A stretch of DNA of 63,984 nt, the filler included, from Dirinaria sp. TL-2023a (lineage: Eukaryota): the NCBI GenBank assembly GCA_051941275.1. It is 3 parts of 3 records of this genome, joined end to end, with 100 filler letters (N's around TTAATTAATTAA, not from the genome) between each part and the next. Parts side by side here need not be neighbours in the genome. Positions count along the whole stretch, not along the records: positions 1 to 22,739 come from JAVEBF010000215.1; 2 more parts are not named here. One strand, written 5' to 3'. The notes beneath the pieces are model-generated. The model was given only the letters and a program-made list of their open reading frames with translations, had not been told where the DNA came from and ran no database searches. Positions within the stretch are counted from its first letter, which is position 1. Each line of letters begins with the position of its first letter. A program made the position numbers and the translations under genes. This document shows, piece by piece, positions 1 through 13,485 of this stretch.

Positions 1-564
1 CAGGAGGCGGGGGATTGGTCAAGAGCGTGCTGAGGGACGGGGATTGGAGTTTTGTCAAGGTCTGGCTCGGGCTCGAGACGCGCCGGTTTTTGAAGGCGAG
101 CGCCGAGCAGGTCGAGGTTTGTGTGCGGAGCGATCAGTTGTCGCCGAATGTATAGAAAAATATTCTATGAGTGTCCCTCCAAGGGGGGTGTTTGGAAAAG
201 GACGGGTTTTAGATTCTTGGTCCCATACAACGCGGCTCTTATTTTTTGGGATAGGATTATTGTACATATTATTTATTTGGTACAAAGTACAAAGTAGAAT
301 CGCAGAGGAGAGGTGTATTTATCTATTCTAAGCAGTTGGTCTAGAGCCCCAGCCCCCATTTACTTAACCATCTCTAAACCATTTTTTTTTCTAGATCCCC
401 AACCAGAGAGAGAGAGATCTCTTATAAATGCATTCCTACCAGTGAACCCCGAAAGCCCCTTATTTGTGGGTAAAACTGTCGCTGATCGGCCTTCTTCTAA
501 AAACAAAGTAACTCACAAAGACACACAGAGAGACAGACAGACGGGCGGACAGACAGTTAGAAGC

Positions 565-3500
565 TCAATACTTGCCGCCCAACAGCCATTCATGGGTGAG
601 TTCCCGAGGAACAGCCTCTCCTGCCCTGCCTTGGCTTCCGGCATGATTCCTCCTGCCCCTTACCCGTGCAGCAGCAGCAGCAACATTAGGCCTCCAACTC
701 TGGTCCGCGTTCTCGGCAAACATGTCCGCGCTCCACGACCTCGCACCGAGGCCTCTCCTGGCAACGGCATCCTCGGCCGGAACATCGCGCTGCAGGATCT
801 CGACGAGGCCCTCTGCGAAGATGCGTCGGACCTCCTCGTCCGCCAGGCCCTTGGTTTCGAGCCCCAGCTTCCGCTCCCGTCTCTTGGCGGCCAGATCGCG
901 GAAGGTGCCGGCGAAGAGGCGCTCCATGGCCTTTCGGAACTCGACGATGGTTTTGGTGGCGTGCGGGCTGCGCGGTTGGACGTAGAAGCTGAGCCAGCGG
1001 TCGATTTCGAGGATGAAGGGTGAGCGACCGCCGCCGCGGAGTTTGCCGCCGAACAGGGCCGCGATGAGAGGGGTCACGGCCGAGGTTTCGCGCAGGAAGA
1101 GGGAGTTCCCGTCGTTGGATTTCGCCATGGTGCTGTAGCTGAACAGGGATCCTCGCTCGATGCCGTCTTTTGTTCGCTTCCCCCCTGGCATCCCGTTGAT
1201 GGACGAGGGGTGGATGATGCAGTACGGCTCCAAGGGAGTTCGGAAGCTTCGGCCACCGTTGTTCACTGCGAGGTTAGGATGTACGCCGGCGAGGACGAGC
1301 GCTTTGATTAGAGGTACCGAATGTGAATTCTCGTTGAGCGAAGGATCGCCACATTCGTCACGGACGCGGGCGTGACGTGGGGTGAATGGGATGAGGCCAG
1401 CTTCGACCAGGATCTCTTCGATTTGTTTGGCCGTGTTTTCGATAGTGTTGAAGGCCCCAGCATGGATGTAGTTCTGATAGGCAAAGTCACGCATGTAGTA
1501 CTCGTTGCGCTCGGAGCGCACGAGGCGCATCTGCCGGACGGCGTTCAAGATGGCAATATGATCGCTCCCTGATCCGTCAACGAAAGAGAGTTTAGCTGCT
1601 TGAGCCTCGCGCCGGGCCTCGAGCGGGTTGATGAAGAGGTTGCGTTCGGCAGCTGCGGCGCCAAGAACCAGCATTGGATCAAAACAACGGAAAATGATGC
1701 CTAGGACGATCATCTTGCCTAGTGATGGGTGGACGGGTAACGCAGCGAGCAAGCGGCCTAGAGGAGTTATTTGCTCTTCGTCTGTCAATGCATCAAGAGC
1801 TTGCAAATTCTTGATCGATGATTCGACTGCCGAAGGCGCTGGAGGCTCGATGGCCGCTGCAAGGAATTCGCGAAGAGGCGACTGGAAAGCTTGAGCCTTA
1901 ACGTCGAGACAGGTTTCTTGCAAGTCAGTACGCAGCATCTCGGGCAAGCCAATGGCTCGCAATGATTCGTAGCGAGACTTGGAGAAAAGTGCGTAATAAT
2001 TTCCGTTTTGCACCCGCCCCGCCCGACCAGCTCTTTGTTTTGAGTTGGACTTGCTGATCCAAGTGCAGTCGAGTTTGGTAATACGTCGCAATTGATCATA
2101 ACGTTTCTCTCGCAATTTACCGGTATCGATGACATGCTGCACATCTGGAATGGTCACTGATGTCTCCGCGATGTTCGTGGATAAGATGATCTTCCTACAG
2201 CCCTTCGGTACTGGATCAAAAACCTCGGATTGGCCTGCAGGCATCGATGAGTGGAGCATGAAAATCTTGAACGCGCTCTCAACGTTGAAATCGACGCCTA
2301 ACGGTAGATTCGCCCGCAGCAGCTTCTCTACCTGTACGATTTCGTCCAGACCAGGTAGGAAGACAAGGATCGCACCGTCGTTGCTGGTCTTGACAATGTG
2401 AGATACGGTAATCGCTACTAGACCGATGGGCACTAGCGCGTCTTCTTTCTCATTCGAAATCATAGCTTCACCTTCAGCAGAGACTTTACGCTCGTGTTTC
2501 CAGTCAATGACAAAATCATCAGGCCGCTCCGTAATTGTCTTAGTGCCGTCGCCTTTTGGTGGGTTCAGTCGCCTAAAGCCTTGATCGAGGCTCAGGTAAT
2601 CGCTCGTTGCTCGATCCAGGCGAAGAAGCTGAATGTCTGTAGGAGAGTATGACGTCTGCAGATCGTCTAGTAAGCCTTCAAGGTATATCTCCCTAACCGG
2701 AAAAGTCCTCCCAGGAACACTGAGTGTTGGGCATTCATTTTGCTCAGCAGCGTTGCTGAAATAAGACGCGAAGAGCTCCGTGTCCATGGTAGCACTCATT
2801 AGTACAACTTTCGGTACGCGCTTCCCTTCTGCTAGCCTCCTAGCTATCACTTTCTTGACAATGATGAGAAGAAAATCGATGAGTACATCTCTCTCATGAA
2901 CTTCGTCAATGACGAGATGTGAATTCAGCTCCATGACTTCATCTGGAAACAGTTGCAGCTGCTGCAGGAGTATACCAGTGGTACAATACACGATGCTGCC
3001 ACCAGGCGGCGGTACCTTGGCATCGAAGCGGACATGATACCCCACAGTCTTTGTTAAAGCCTCTCCTCGTTCCTCAGCAACACGTCGGGAAACCGAGCTT
3101 GCTGCGATTCGGCGCGGTTGAGTACATACTATGTTACACGCTCCCCCCTGACCTTGAGAAACTGCATCCTCGAGAAGGATCTGAGGTATTTGCGTTGTCT
3201 TACCGCTCCCAGTAGCTCCGATCACTATGCTGTAAGGATGACTGTCCACCATTTTCAGGACATGGCCTTTTTGCTGGTTCATTGGTAGCTGCGATCGTTT
3301 CTGACGGATCTCTTCAAGCCTTGGGTTCTGCAGATAATCTCGATAATCGGATTGTAACCGCTGATTTAGATACTCGACTTGCGCATCTGTTATTCTTCGT
3401 CCATACCCAGTGCGTCGCTGATCGATGTTTTCGTCCGATAGCAGCTCTTCGGCTTCGTCAGGCAATCCAGAGTTGCGAGCATCAAGCAGCGTCTGACGCA

Positions 3501-5026
3501 TGCACAAGAGGCAATCCTCGTCGACAGGCATATCGAAAGGTGCCATGGGTTTCAATATGGCACCACTGGTAGACTTATTGGCCTTGAGAAACTTTGGATA
3601 CAAATCCACTTCAAGAGCCTTGACCTCCAATGCAGCGGTCAAGTGAGCTAATGCTTCGGCTCTTTTTTTGTTGTTCATCTCCACAGCTTGTCCATAAGGC
3701 TTGCCATCAATGCTGACTTGAGCGCGGAAAGGCCTGCTTCCAGAAAGGTTCCATTCGGAAACTTCTTGGCTTTCAACAACGACACGAGCTCGAGGATGCA
3801 TAATCTTATAGAAATCGAAGAAGTCTTTCGCGTTGGTTGTAGTCAAGGCTGTAGAATCTTTGATGACGATCGTTTCAGATCCTTGCGCAGCTTGATATTC
3901 TTCAGCAGCTTGTTTGAACTTTAGAGCAGCAGCTATTTCAGCTGTTCTGAGATCCGTGCCTCTCCCGTTGACCTTGATGTTCTGCTCCGCCAGCGCGACA
4001 CCCACTTCAATGAGTTTTTTGGTCTTCCTTCTAGCCCTTACTTGCGAAACCCGCAAGGTTATCTCCGGAATGGCATCGAAGCGGGCGGCATAGTTATAGA
4101 TGTCCAGCTTCGCATCTGCTTCAGCAATCATCGTCTCTTGATCTATCGCAATATCTTTCGGTTCCGACATTGAGGAGAGCTGACCAGTTTGGTGAAGCTT
4201 TGCCAGTAAATGCAACCAAGCAGCTCTTTCGGCGGATTTCTTGACACCGTCAGCATGCTTACTTCAATGGAATGCTAGGACACCGACCTTGGACTGCTTA
4301 TCCTCACCAAACACAATCTCTGTCAAGTCGCTTCCGGAAAATGTGCAGGTTAGTGTGCATCGGATGCCATCATTCCCCACAACGGAGTACTCTGTATGAA
4401 TTTTGGCCATGCTGTCTAGGGCATTGTATAATTGTCCTTTCACGGAGGAAGAGTTCCCGTCCAGGAAAGGGTAGTCCCCTGGTTTTGGTATATGCATCGT
4501 CTCCCGAATATAGGCTTCATCTTTCAGTGGTTCCGAAAGGGGGCCCTCTGTTCGACGCCGCGTAGCTGGCCTTGAATCCGGTTTCTGTTCGGATTTCCGT
4601 TTGCGTTTTTGAAGCGGATGATGGCGGGCGCTGGGCGCAGCGGGTGCATTTGATATCTGATGCTGGGATGCAGACCGTTGCGATTGCTGTTTAAAGGGGG
4701 AGTTTTTGTCGGAAATCGTTTGTTGATTTGCAACTCTGTCGTGATTCGAATGGCGTTGCGACCTTTTCTCTGCGGGTCTCTGGCCATGAATCATAGCGTG
4801 GGCTTGGGCGTTATCATCAGTGTGTAGCGAATCTTGTGTGGTGGATACCGAGCGAGCTTTGAGGAGACTATTTGAGCTTCGTCTAAACATGAGCGCTGAT
4901 ACATTGCTTCGAGAAGTGACTGAGGGCGTGAGACGCGCACGGAGTGCCTAGAATGGACATTCAATAATCAATATGTCATTCACAAGACAGTGGAAAATGA
5001 AAGGTACGAACCAGCGCTCGGTTCAT
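565..5026 (-). CDS. DEAH/RHA-box ATP-dependent RNA helicase, DHX30/DHX36-like, with N-terminal dsRBD-like regions; probably mitochondrial
   Basis: The 1216-aa ORF has [38 protein letters not shown] and QRAGRAGR, followed by HA2/OB-fold-like regions. An intron at about 4241-4288 (GTCGGT...GCTGAC...AAG) joins ORF 4264-4890. A putative micro-exon ATG at 5026 (MNRAL|GTTCGT...TAG|ALRARLTPSV) gives an Arg/Ser-rich N-terminus. Confidence 0.9.
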
Positions 5027-5447
5027 AATCTAAGTAGTGGCTGATCTTTTGTCCAGTCACTGAGTGTATCGTGTAAGACCTCTACATGAATGAGCTAGAT
5101 GTTGTTCATTGCCATAAAAGGCGAGCCGATAGACTGTAAGTGTTCATGAAGGTCTGACTGATTGAGGTCTGCAACACACCACCATGGAACTTCGTTCCTA
5201 CATCTTCCCCCAAAAGTTTCTCGACAGGACTACGGCTAATTTTCGGCAAATCAATTGGCCGAAGCCAATGCCAAGCCGCCTTTGCCTTCCCAATTTTGAC
5301 CTCGATCTTCCGCTTGAGGTCCCTCGGGGTTGACTATCACTTCTTTCCAATAATTTACATATGGCAATTTTCCATATCTTCTGTCAACTCCCATAATTTA
5401 CATTCAGCATGCATAACAGTTCAGACTCTCCAAAACGCCAAAACTAT

Positions 5448-5535
5448 TGGACACATCGGGATTTGAACCCGAGACCTTTCACAATTACATTTCAATTAAT
5501 GCGAAGCGAAAATCATACCCCTAGACCATGCGCCC
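5448..5535 (-). tRNA. tRNA-Ala(CGC) with ~16-nt intron
   Basis: Reverse complement reads GGGCGCATGGTCTAGGGGTATGATTTTCGCTT-CGC-A[TTAATTGAAATGTAAT]TGTGAAAGGTCTCGGGTTCAAATCCCGATGTGTCCA. It has the G3:U70 Ala identity pair, a GTTCAAAT T-loop and downstream T-runs. Confidence 0.93.
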
Positions 5536-7007
5536 AAGATTAGCAGTTAAATGCCATTGTATGTTCTATTCTTTTTACTCTTTGCTTTCGCTTTAACTTT
5601 TTCTGATTCGAAATCCATCACTAACCGGCGCACCCCCTAGTCGCCTTTTAGGGTTGGACCATGCTGCCACTCGTAGGGTGTATCTACCTATGTAGGATTA
5701 CTTGTAGTATAGCATAGCAGAATGGTGAACTTGATAATTTCGAAAAATTAGGCTGGAGGAAATGAGCAGAAAATTTTCATCTCAAATGAAAGGTTGTCCT
5801 GCAAAGAAGAAAGCTAAGGTAGCATCCTTAAAGAATTTCTTCTACCTCAAACATCCTGAAAATGGCACGTTGTTTCCGATGCCAGCTGATGGAGTATTTA
5901 GAGCGATACTAAATGCACTCAACAAACAAACCTTTCTCTTTCCTTTCTTCCCGAAACGGTGCGTATCGCCAAGAGAAAATTCAATATTGCTCCGTTCCTT
6001 AGGACGGGGAAGGGAACTCTAGCACAAAGAGCATCAACCTATTCGTACACCGCGACTCGAACGAGGTTGAGGGGAAGTCTAGCTTTTCAATTGCGATATG
6101 ATGTGAATCTGTATATCAAAGTCGAAAGTATCGTAACCAGAAAGGCAGACTTCTCTGAGAGGATACCAAGGTAAGAGGGAAAAAAGAAAGGGGAAAAGAG
6201 GAAGGACAAAAGAAATTCAAGAGATGCAAGAATCGAAGGATATGTTTAAGACAAATTCGATCGAGTGGTATTCTATGTCTTGGGGCATACGAGCCATTAT
6301 AACAATATCCCACCCAAAGTTTCGGCCGATCTGAAACGACGTATCGCAAGCAGTTCCAGTCCTCCCTTCTTGTGATTGTGGCACCTCGCTGTTCTCTCCC
6401 ATGCGAATACTGATAGCCGTGAGTTCGTCTAAATCTTCGGCTCACAGGCTAGGCAGGCCACCGCAGATGCCTGCCCTAGCGGCCGCGCATACACGTTTAC
6501 TGGTGGTATCGTTCGGAGCAGTCACTGCCATGGTAATAATTGAGACCTGCTGACCCCGGAGCGCTTCCACTTTTGCCGTTTCATCGTCGCTGCTATAGCC
6601 AAACTCGACAACACGAAGTACCCCAACAATGGCCACCTTCTCAATGCAGTTTGAGAAGCCCCAAGGCTGATCTTTGCCATACCCTCCTCCTATGGCCACC
6701 TTCATTGTCATTGACCGAAGTTGAGATTTGACCGAGGCGGGCGTGTGCATGTGTGTTGCGAAATCTTGGCTGCAAAAGAAGACAGGAATCTGCTCTCCGC
6801 TCAGTCAGGAGCTTTCTCAGAGCCGCCGCTATTAGCGAGCAAGTTGGGTGAGCAGAACTGACTCGGCGCCTCCTCCAGATTATATTACGATCCAAGTAAG
6901 CAAGCTTACTGTTCGTTTTCTCTCTCGACCTGTCCTTCAACGTCGCTCGAGTAGTGGGGGTAGACAAAGTAATAGAAACAAAACGTGCATTCTTGTAGTA
7001 CGCACTC

Positions 7008-8896
7008 TCAAGCTTTGTTGGCCTCAACAGCGGCCACTACTACAGTAATAATCACACCGACACCGAGAAACAATATCGCCCATGTGAGACTCCTGAGCAG
7101 TTTCGGATTTTGAGCAGCAAACTCTCTGGACTTGCGGTATCCGTAGCCGAAACCTAGGGGCAGCGCCACAGTTACGACTGCGAGCGGGAGACCGAGTGCT
7201 AAGACTGCAGACCATTTCGGCTTCCCGCCATTGATCTCTTTAATGTTCATGCCCAAAGCTCCCTAAGGCCCTTTCAGACAGTATTCTAGTCTAGTAGAGA
7301 AAGATTTTACACTTACAGTTGCAAGTGAAAACGGTAAGTAGAAAGACGCAACGATAGCGAAAAGGGTATTGCGGGAGCCGTTCTTGCTTTCTATCTGCAT
7401 CTTGATCTACATCCAGCCCACAAGATTAGCTGTGAAGGTTCTGCTGTAGGATTATTCTTTCATTTGCATATTTCAACTTACTGTCTCATACACCTGCCTA
7501 AGCTCTTTTTCTAGACTGACTATTGCTGCTCGAAGATACTCTTGATCACTTTTAAACGTAGCTGGCCATGGATCAGTTTGATTGAGTTTGCTGAAGTCTG
7601 GAAGCGTAGGGAATTGTCCTGCTAGATAAGATAGGAAACATTCCGTCATCTCGAGGTGGTCTCGAAGGTGAAGCACATAGTTGAGTTTACTGTAGGAGGG
7701 ATCTTTGCGGCCCTCGTACTTCTAGAGCCAATCGTCAGCCTTGGGACTATACGGTTCTTACTGATCTAGGGGTTCTGACCGCCTCTTCAAGATTTGTCTT
7801 CAGGCGGTCTAAGTTATGACATAGCTGATGAATTACATATTGTTTGAAATATCGAACGAGCAAAATCGGAAATTCGCCGCGTGAAATCGCTTCCGACTCA
7901 TTTAGGGATCCATTATCGAAGAAAGATCGAGACATAACAAAGTCTCGCAACGTCGCTCGAAGTTCTTGTGAGTCACATAGCACAACGTACTTGTCAATGG
8001 TTTGGCCAGAGTTCATTGCCCGAGAAACTCGTATCAGGCGCAGAAAATGATAGTCAGGCGAATAGTAATGGGATTTGAAAGCGTTAACCAAGTGTTCATC
8101 TAACTGTGGTGGTGCGATGGTTGTGGCAAGATAGAGCGTCTCGATCACAATCCGATCCTCGTTCGTTGAATCTATGTCAACCACGCGTCCTAAAGTGGGA
8201 ATTAGGTCTGAAAGTATATTCGAGATCTTGGAAGCGGTCGTACGTTTTGATGGGAGCCTCAGACTACCCATCGAGTTCACAGTCTGATCTTTCTCGAGTA
8301 CCACCGGTCGCGTCTCCGAACTATCGAACCAGAACTCATCCCAGCCCTCATTCAAAGGGAAGAGAATCTTTGGAGCGATTCTCCACCGTGAACCGAGTAG
8401 AGCGAGCGTGATAGCAGATGCGCACCAGTCAAATTTTGCTAATGGTGTTTTCGGTATCAAGCCTTTGGTTTTTTCATACTTAGAAATCATAATGCTGTCC
8501 AGCAAATTTGTTATTAATCGCAAGTCAGGAGTAAGAAGTATGACATACATTATCCGCGATCTATTAGGTTCTGCAGGCTAAAGCATAGTTCAGAAAGTAT
8601 TTTGTCAATAACGAATCTGGATGTCAGCCTACGCTCGTCTTCAAAAAGTCCATGAATCCTTCGACAGAGTCAAATGTGCGTTCTGCCATCGCATATCTAT
8701 CTGGGAACGAGCTTTCCATCTCCCACATCCGTGGGAGGACACACAAGTCTCTGGGCTGGTCGTGCATGTAACTTTCAACCTCGTTCCATTGGCCTAAGAT
8801 TTCTCTCAAAGGGTCTAGCCATTCATCCAAGGATGCGGATTTAAGGCGAAGTAAATACTCCTCGGCTTCTCTCGCCCAACTTGGTTGTTCTGACAT
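7008..8896 (-). CDS. Multi-exon protein with C-terminal CorA-like two-TM module (GMN motif)
   Basis: Collinear ORFs 8624-8896, 7747-8550, 7473-7676 and 7008-7256 are separated by GT-AG introns. The C-terminus reads ...NTLFAIVASFYLPFSLAT|GAFGMNIKEI...WSAVLALGLPLAVVTVALP, the P-x(n)-FGMN signature of CorA-family TM hairpins. Start and exact junctions are uncertain. Confidence 0.7.
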
Positions 8897-10471
8897 CCCC
8901 TGCTCCTCGTCAACATCATTTACTCATCTTGGTCGTTATACAATTCGTCTTACTTTCTCTAATCCTGAGGCGATTCGTCTCACTTTCTCTAGTAGTAAGG
9001 CCATCGATGAGGTCGTCTTCACATTCCTCGAAGCTAATACGACGGAGAAAGCAATCAGGCAAAAGTTGGGAAGCGAGCTGATTGCTACGCCAGTCTAAGA
9101 TGCCCAATAGACTGTTGATTGTAGTTAATTCTAGGATTCTCAGATACACTGTCCAAGGCATGATTCAACGGATTCATGTTAATAAGTGACGTCACTCCTC
9201 CTGCAAGTGACCCGAATGAGTCTTTCCGAAACCGTTACGTCAGCGTGGCCATATGCACTAATACAGATCAAAGCTCAAATTTGATCTAGAGCAAAATATT
9301 TTTAAAAGCCGTATGTACAATGCAGAGGCTTCAAGCTTCGGCAGGCTTGGGCCACATTGAGCCACTAGCTGATTATCACCAAATCGTGGCACCAATTGCA
9401 GGAGCGACTAGTATATCTCTCCTGCATTGTATCTGTTTTTCAAATCTTTCTCGAGAGCTACGCGAGGATCCATGGCGTGACACCCTTATCTGTCAATTCA
9501 GAATTAGTCTGATATCTCTAGGAAAAAGGCTATTGATGCTCTGCAGGTCTTTCAAGATCGAACGAAAATTAGGACTCTGAGTGAGACGAGAATAATCTAT
9601 ATTTCGAATTTCGACATGGTTTGTTCAACAACATTCGATTCCAGACTTCTTCAGCCTTCGTCAATCGTGAGGCTCATGGGTCTGCCTTAGCCTGGGCTCG
9701 CAAGCAAGATATCAAGGTATTGCGCGCTGAAGGGAATAACCCGCTCACCTTCGCCGGAGGAGCCGACAGCGGGATTGATTAAGCCATGCTCTTTACTTAA
9801 AGTATAAGATCTATGTAAGCAATGATGTCCTGGGAGAGCTGGGTAAAGCTGGGTGATTCTGGGCGAGTTTCGCCTCCTCTGTTCCTACGCCCTGAATTTC
9901 AATCGAAATTTTCCCCACCAACGCCAGAATTATAGCTTTTCTGTGCATTACTTTCACGAGCACATAATATTACGTATCGTTCTTGGCCGCCCCCCTCCTA
10001 CACTCTAAGTCAACCGCCACACCTCGTCCTGCTCTTATTGGACGTCTCCCCATTTTGCCGTTGTGGTCTACTGTGCTTCAATCAGCATCCACTTAGCGCC
10101 TTGGCTCGCTTCGACAAAACCACCTGCTTGGAGCGAGATGCGAGCAGTCGAGGTGGCAATGGCGAAGCTGTCGGCAACAGGCCGGTTCGGGTGGATTCCT
10201 ACTCCTGACGACAAGGTTTAAGTGAGGAGCTCCTTCAAGCTTCTGAAAGAATCTAGCACTACTGCACTGCCAATAGCTGGATGATTGTCTGGCATCCCCC
10301 ATATTACTCGGCCTGGAATAATCGAGATAAGATATCCGAGCTACGCTCCAACGAGTCCCGGGCTTTAGTACATCTCAATCATGGTTCGAAATTGACTGAA
10401 AAGGCCAGCTTGTAGTGGTCGAGCTCGTTAAGATACGGATCGCAGATGAAACATCATTCGGCAGGGGCCAA

Positions 10472-13400
10472 CTAGAACGGCGTAGGGATCGTCTCCACTT
10501 TCGATGAACTAGCTTCTGTGATATCAATGCTCAATAGCCGGCCTTCCGTTCCTTTCATCCAGAACATTCTGAGCGTGCCAGACTCAGCCCCTGCCATGGA
10601 CAACTTGTCATCGATCTTTTTGACTTCCAAGCGAGACTCATCTAGCTTGCAACGAATTGGTTTGAACATCCACCGACTGTCTTCTGACTTTAACATGAAA
10701 ACTTTATTCTTATCATTGACGAGAGCTATCCTGGTGGACGGACCTGGTACAGCAATAGCGCACTGTATCTGATCGCCTGGAAAAGGGTTGAAATCTCTGC
10801 TTGTCATGGGCTCAACGGCTTTAGTCGAGCTATCAATGATGGTGATATGCCCTTTTGATGTCGAAGAGCAGACCAAGATTTTACCGGTGTATTTATCGAA
10901 AATAATAGAAGAAAGACGAAAGTCGCACGGATAACGCTAGAAAAGATTTAATCAGTCTTCGAGTGCTATATGTTTGGAGTGCGAATTCCTGGGTAGCTAT
11001 AGACTCACGAGTGGAATACTGAAATGCTGCATACGGTGGTTTTGCCGGCTTGATGGCGACAATGTATGCAGGCCGGTGAAGACTAATCCACTTTTCGCTT
11101 CGCGCGTAGCTACGGCTAAACAACTGCTGTCACTTGAGAACGACAGGCATTGGCTGTCAACATGTGACGGATCCCAATGGTCTTTGGGCAATGCGGATGG
11201 TAACAGTTCCGAATGTCCCGTTGTAACATCGAATACCTGGGTACCTAGCGCGTACCCTACTGCAACCTTGTCCCCTTGACGGGAAATTGCAAGACTGAAT
11301 GGTTGTGCTTGAAGGTTGACAGACCACAGTTCCTGTTCCACTCCTAAATCTCGGCTCAGTATTGTCAATTTATATGCCTGTAAAAGAGACCAATTCTTTA
11401 GTACACGTCCCTTGGAGACTGGGTAAGTGGCTTACGGTTTGCTCCTTCGAGATCACTGCGTACTTCGCACAACTACCGGCGGCCAGGACTATCTTTACGA
11501 ATGAGTAACCTTCAGACCAGAGTTTCAATTCGCAGTCATAACAGTGGATACGGTGTGAAGAATAGGCAAGTACAAAATTGGCGTCCGTGAATAAGGTGTA
11601 CGAGATGTGAACTTGTGGAGAGGCTGGCTCTGATGATCTGGAAGGGAAAATCCATCCGAGTGAGGAAGTGCGGGAGCTATGCCCAGCTGACCTACTCTTT
11701 CCATTATTTGTTGCACAGCTTTGGGGTTTCTGTGAGACTAGGGAACCGGAACGCGGTGGCGTAGTCGGAGAAGGCTCTGAGATCAATGATTTTTCCTTTG
11801 GTATATTGGATTGCAGAGGCTTCATTTGCAAAATTTCGTCATTATGGAAGTGGATCCGAGCAGCTTTTTGGAGCTCATGTCCCATCATTCGAAGTGGTTC
11901 AACCAGACGAGCCTCTGAGAAAGAACAGGAAGTGCACTGGGGGCATGCGATGCCAATTCCGCCCACAGTCACAACCTCCGCCGACTTATCCACGTCCTGC
12001 TCACCAGATGACTTGTCAGCATTCAATGACCTTTCCCCTTAGAGTAGCTTTAAAGCCTAGAACTCACGTCGACCAAAGTACTCTCGTTGGCGTCATCGAA
12101 AATGCGCCTTAAAGTCAGGCCATTAAGCGGGTGTAAATTTTGACAATTGACAATATAGGTATCGCTCTGCCCTATTTCCAGATTCTGGGCTGCTGGAAAC
12201 GCTGTCCATTGTTTGACATGGTCTAACATTCTGTTTGAAAGTTGAGCAATGTGGCCATCGGCATCTTGCAGCAGATCTTGACGACGACCCAGGTTACTCG
12301 ATATCTGAGCCTGAACATGTTTCATTTCGAGAACAGCATCTCCACTGACGCCGGGAACCCAAGTATTCTTACTTGTCAGCGTACTTCGTCTTCTCAAAAT
12401 GCCACCACGAACTTACATCTTGATACTCGTGGCAAAGAAGGCGGCCAAAACAATCACAGCCTTCTGTTAAGCATCTGGGAAAAGGATTGAATAAAAGCAA
12501 AGCCTTTCTGATAATAATCCATCGACTGTCGCTGCTTTGCTCATTGTGCCCAAGGACATTATTAGTCGACTTCTCGTAGAACGTGAAGAGCAAGTCCTTG
12601 GTCTCGCGGTTGAGATTCTTCGATCCTCGAATATGCATTTGGATAGATGCCGCGATTATAGCTGACCAGATGTCGTACCAGATCCAGAAAGAATCGAACC
12701 ACCAAGGGCATTGACCACGGATGCACGCCATGACCTCTGAGACTACCTGAACCAACTCGAGTTTCAAGGGATACTGCGGCTGTTAGCCAACCACATCAGA
12801 GAAGACCTTCATGGCAGATATTTACCAATCCGTCAAAGTATTCTGGCAGATCAACAGATCTTCTTGGCTTCGAAGTTTCTTCATGATATCGACAGCCGTG
12901 ATTAAAATTTTCCAAGGCTTGGTCTTCCGCAGAAGTCGACAAGTATTCGAGCAAACTGAGACATAATTCTTGGATCAGGAATCTATGTAGGCTGTCTCCT
13001 TGCAAAGGCCAATCTTTAATGCTACATCGTATTGTTTCGGCCCGAGCAGTCCAAAGCACATCCTTGGTGGATCTGATTTTAGTTTTCAGCAGGGTCAGTA
13101 GTCGAAGGCTCGACAGAGTTGCATTTCCTAGGGCACGAAGTATGTGATCTAGGATCGGATGAGACTGGTTCATGGCTCCCTTGTAGCTATTTCGGACGGT
13201 CAAAAGATAAGATAGGACGTCGAAGACCTCTAAAGGCTGCACCAGATATTGGAAGGCCTTGTGCGAAGGGCTGTTTGACTGTAGGTAAGCCCTTTGAATT
13301 TGGAATGCGACAATGATGAGATTGACAAGGCGATTGAAAGCCTGCAATGACTTCGGTGCGAAGCGGTCTTCGCCATTCGCGGCAACCTCTATTGCATGCT

Positions 13401-13485
13401 GACCGATAGCCTCCCGGATGATCATTGCTACATCCCTTCGCTCCTCGAGTCTCCTCCACAAAGACGAGATGGATGTGTGCGACAT
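10472..13485 (-). CDS. Uncharacterised multi-exon protein: N-terminal helical region, CxxC motif, Ser-rich linker, C-terminal WD40/YVTN-like beta-propeller
   Basis: Collinear ORFs 12796-13545, 12369-12767, 12050-12397, 11370-12026, 10997-11368 and 10472-10876. Propeller-like blades include SLAISRQGDKVAVG, CLSFSSDSSCLAVA and IQCAIAVPGPSTRIALV. The junction near 12030-12080 is not cleanly resolvable. Confidence 0.6.

Noticed and set aside
313..1023. 236-aa plus-strand ORF and the many other antisense ORFs over the helicase, PKC1, PRP22, lacA and ORF 40072
   Set aside because: Shadow ORFs of GC-rich coding sequence; no recognisable motifs.
5762..7007. Short ORFs between tRNA-Ala and the CorA-like gene
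   Set aside because: No motifs or coherent exon chain; treated as intergenic.
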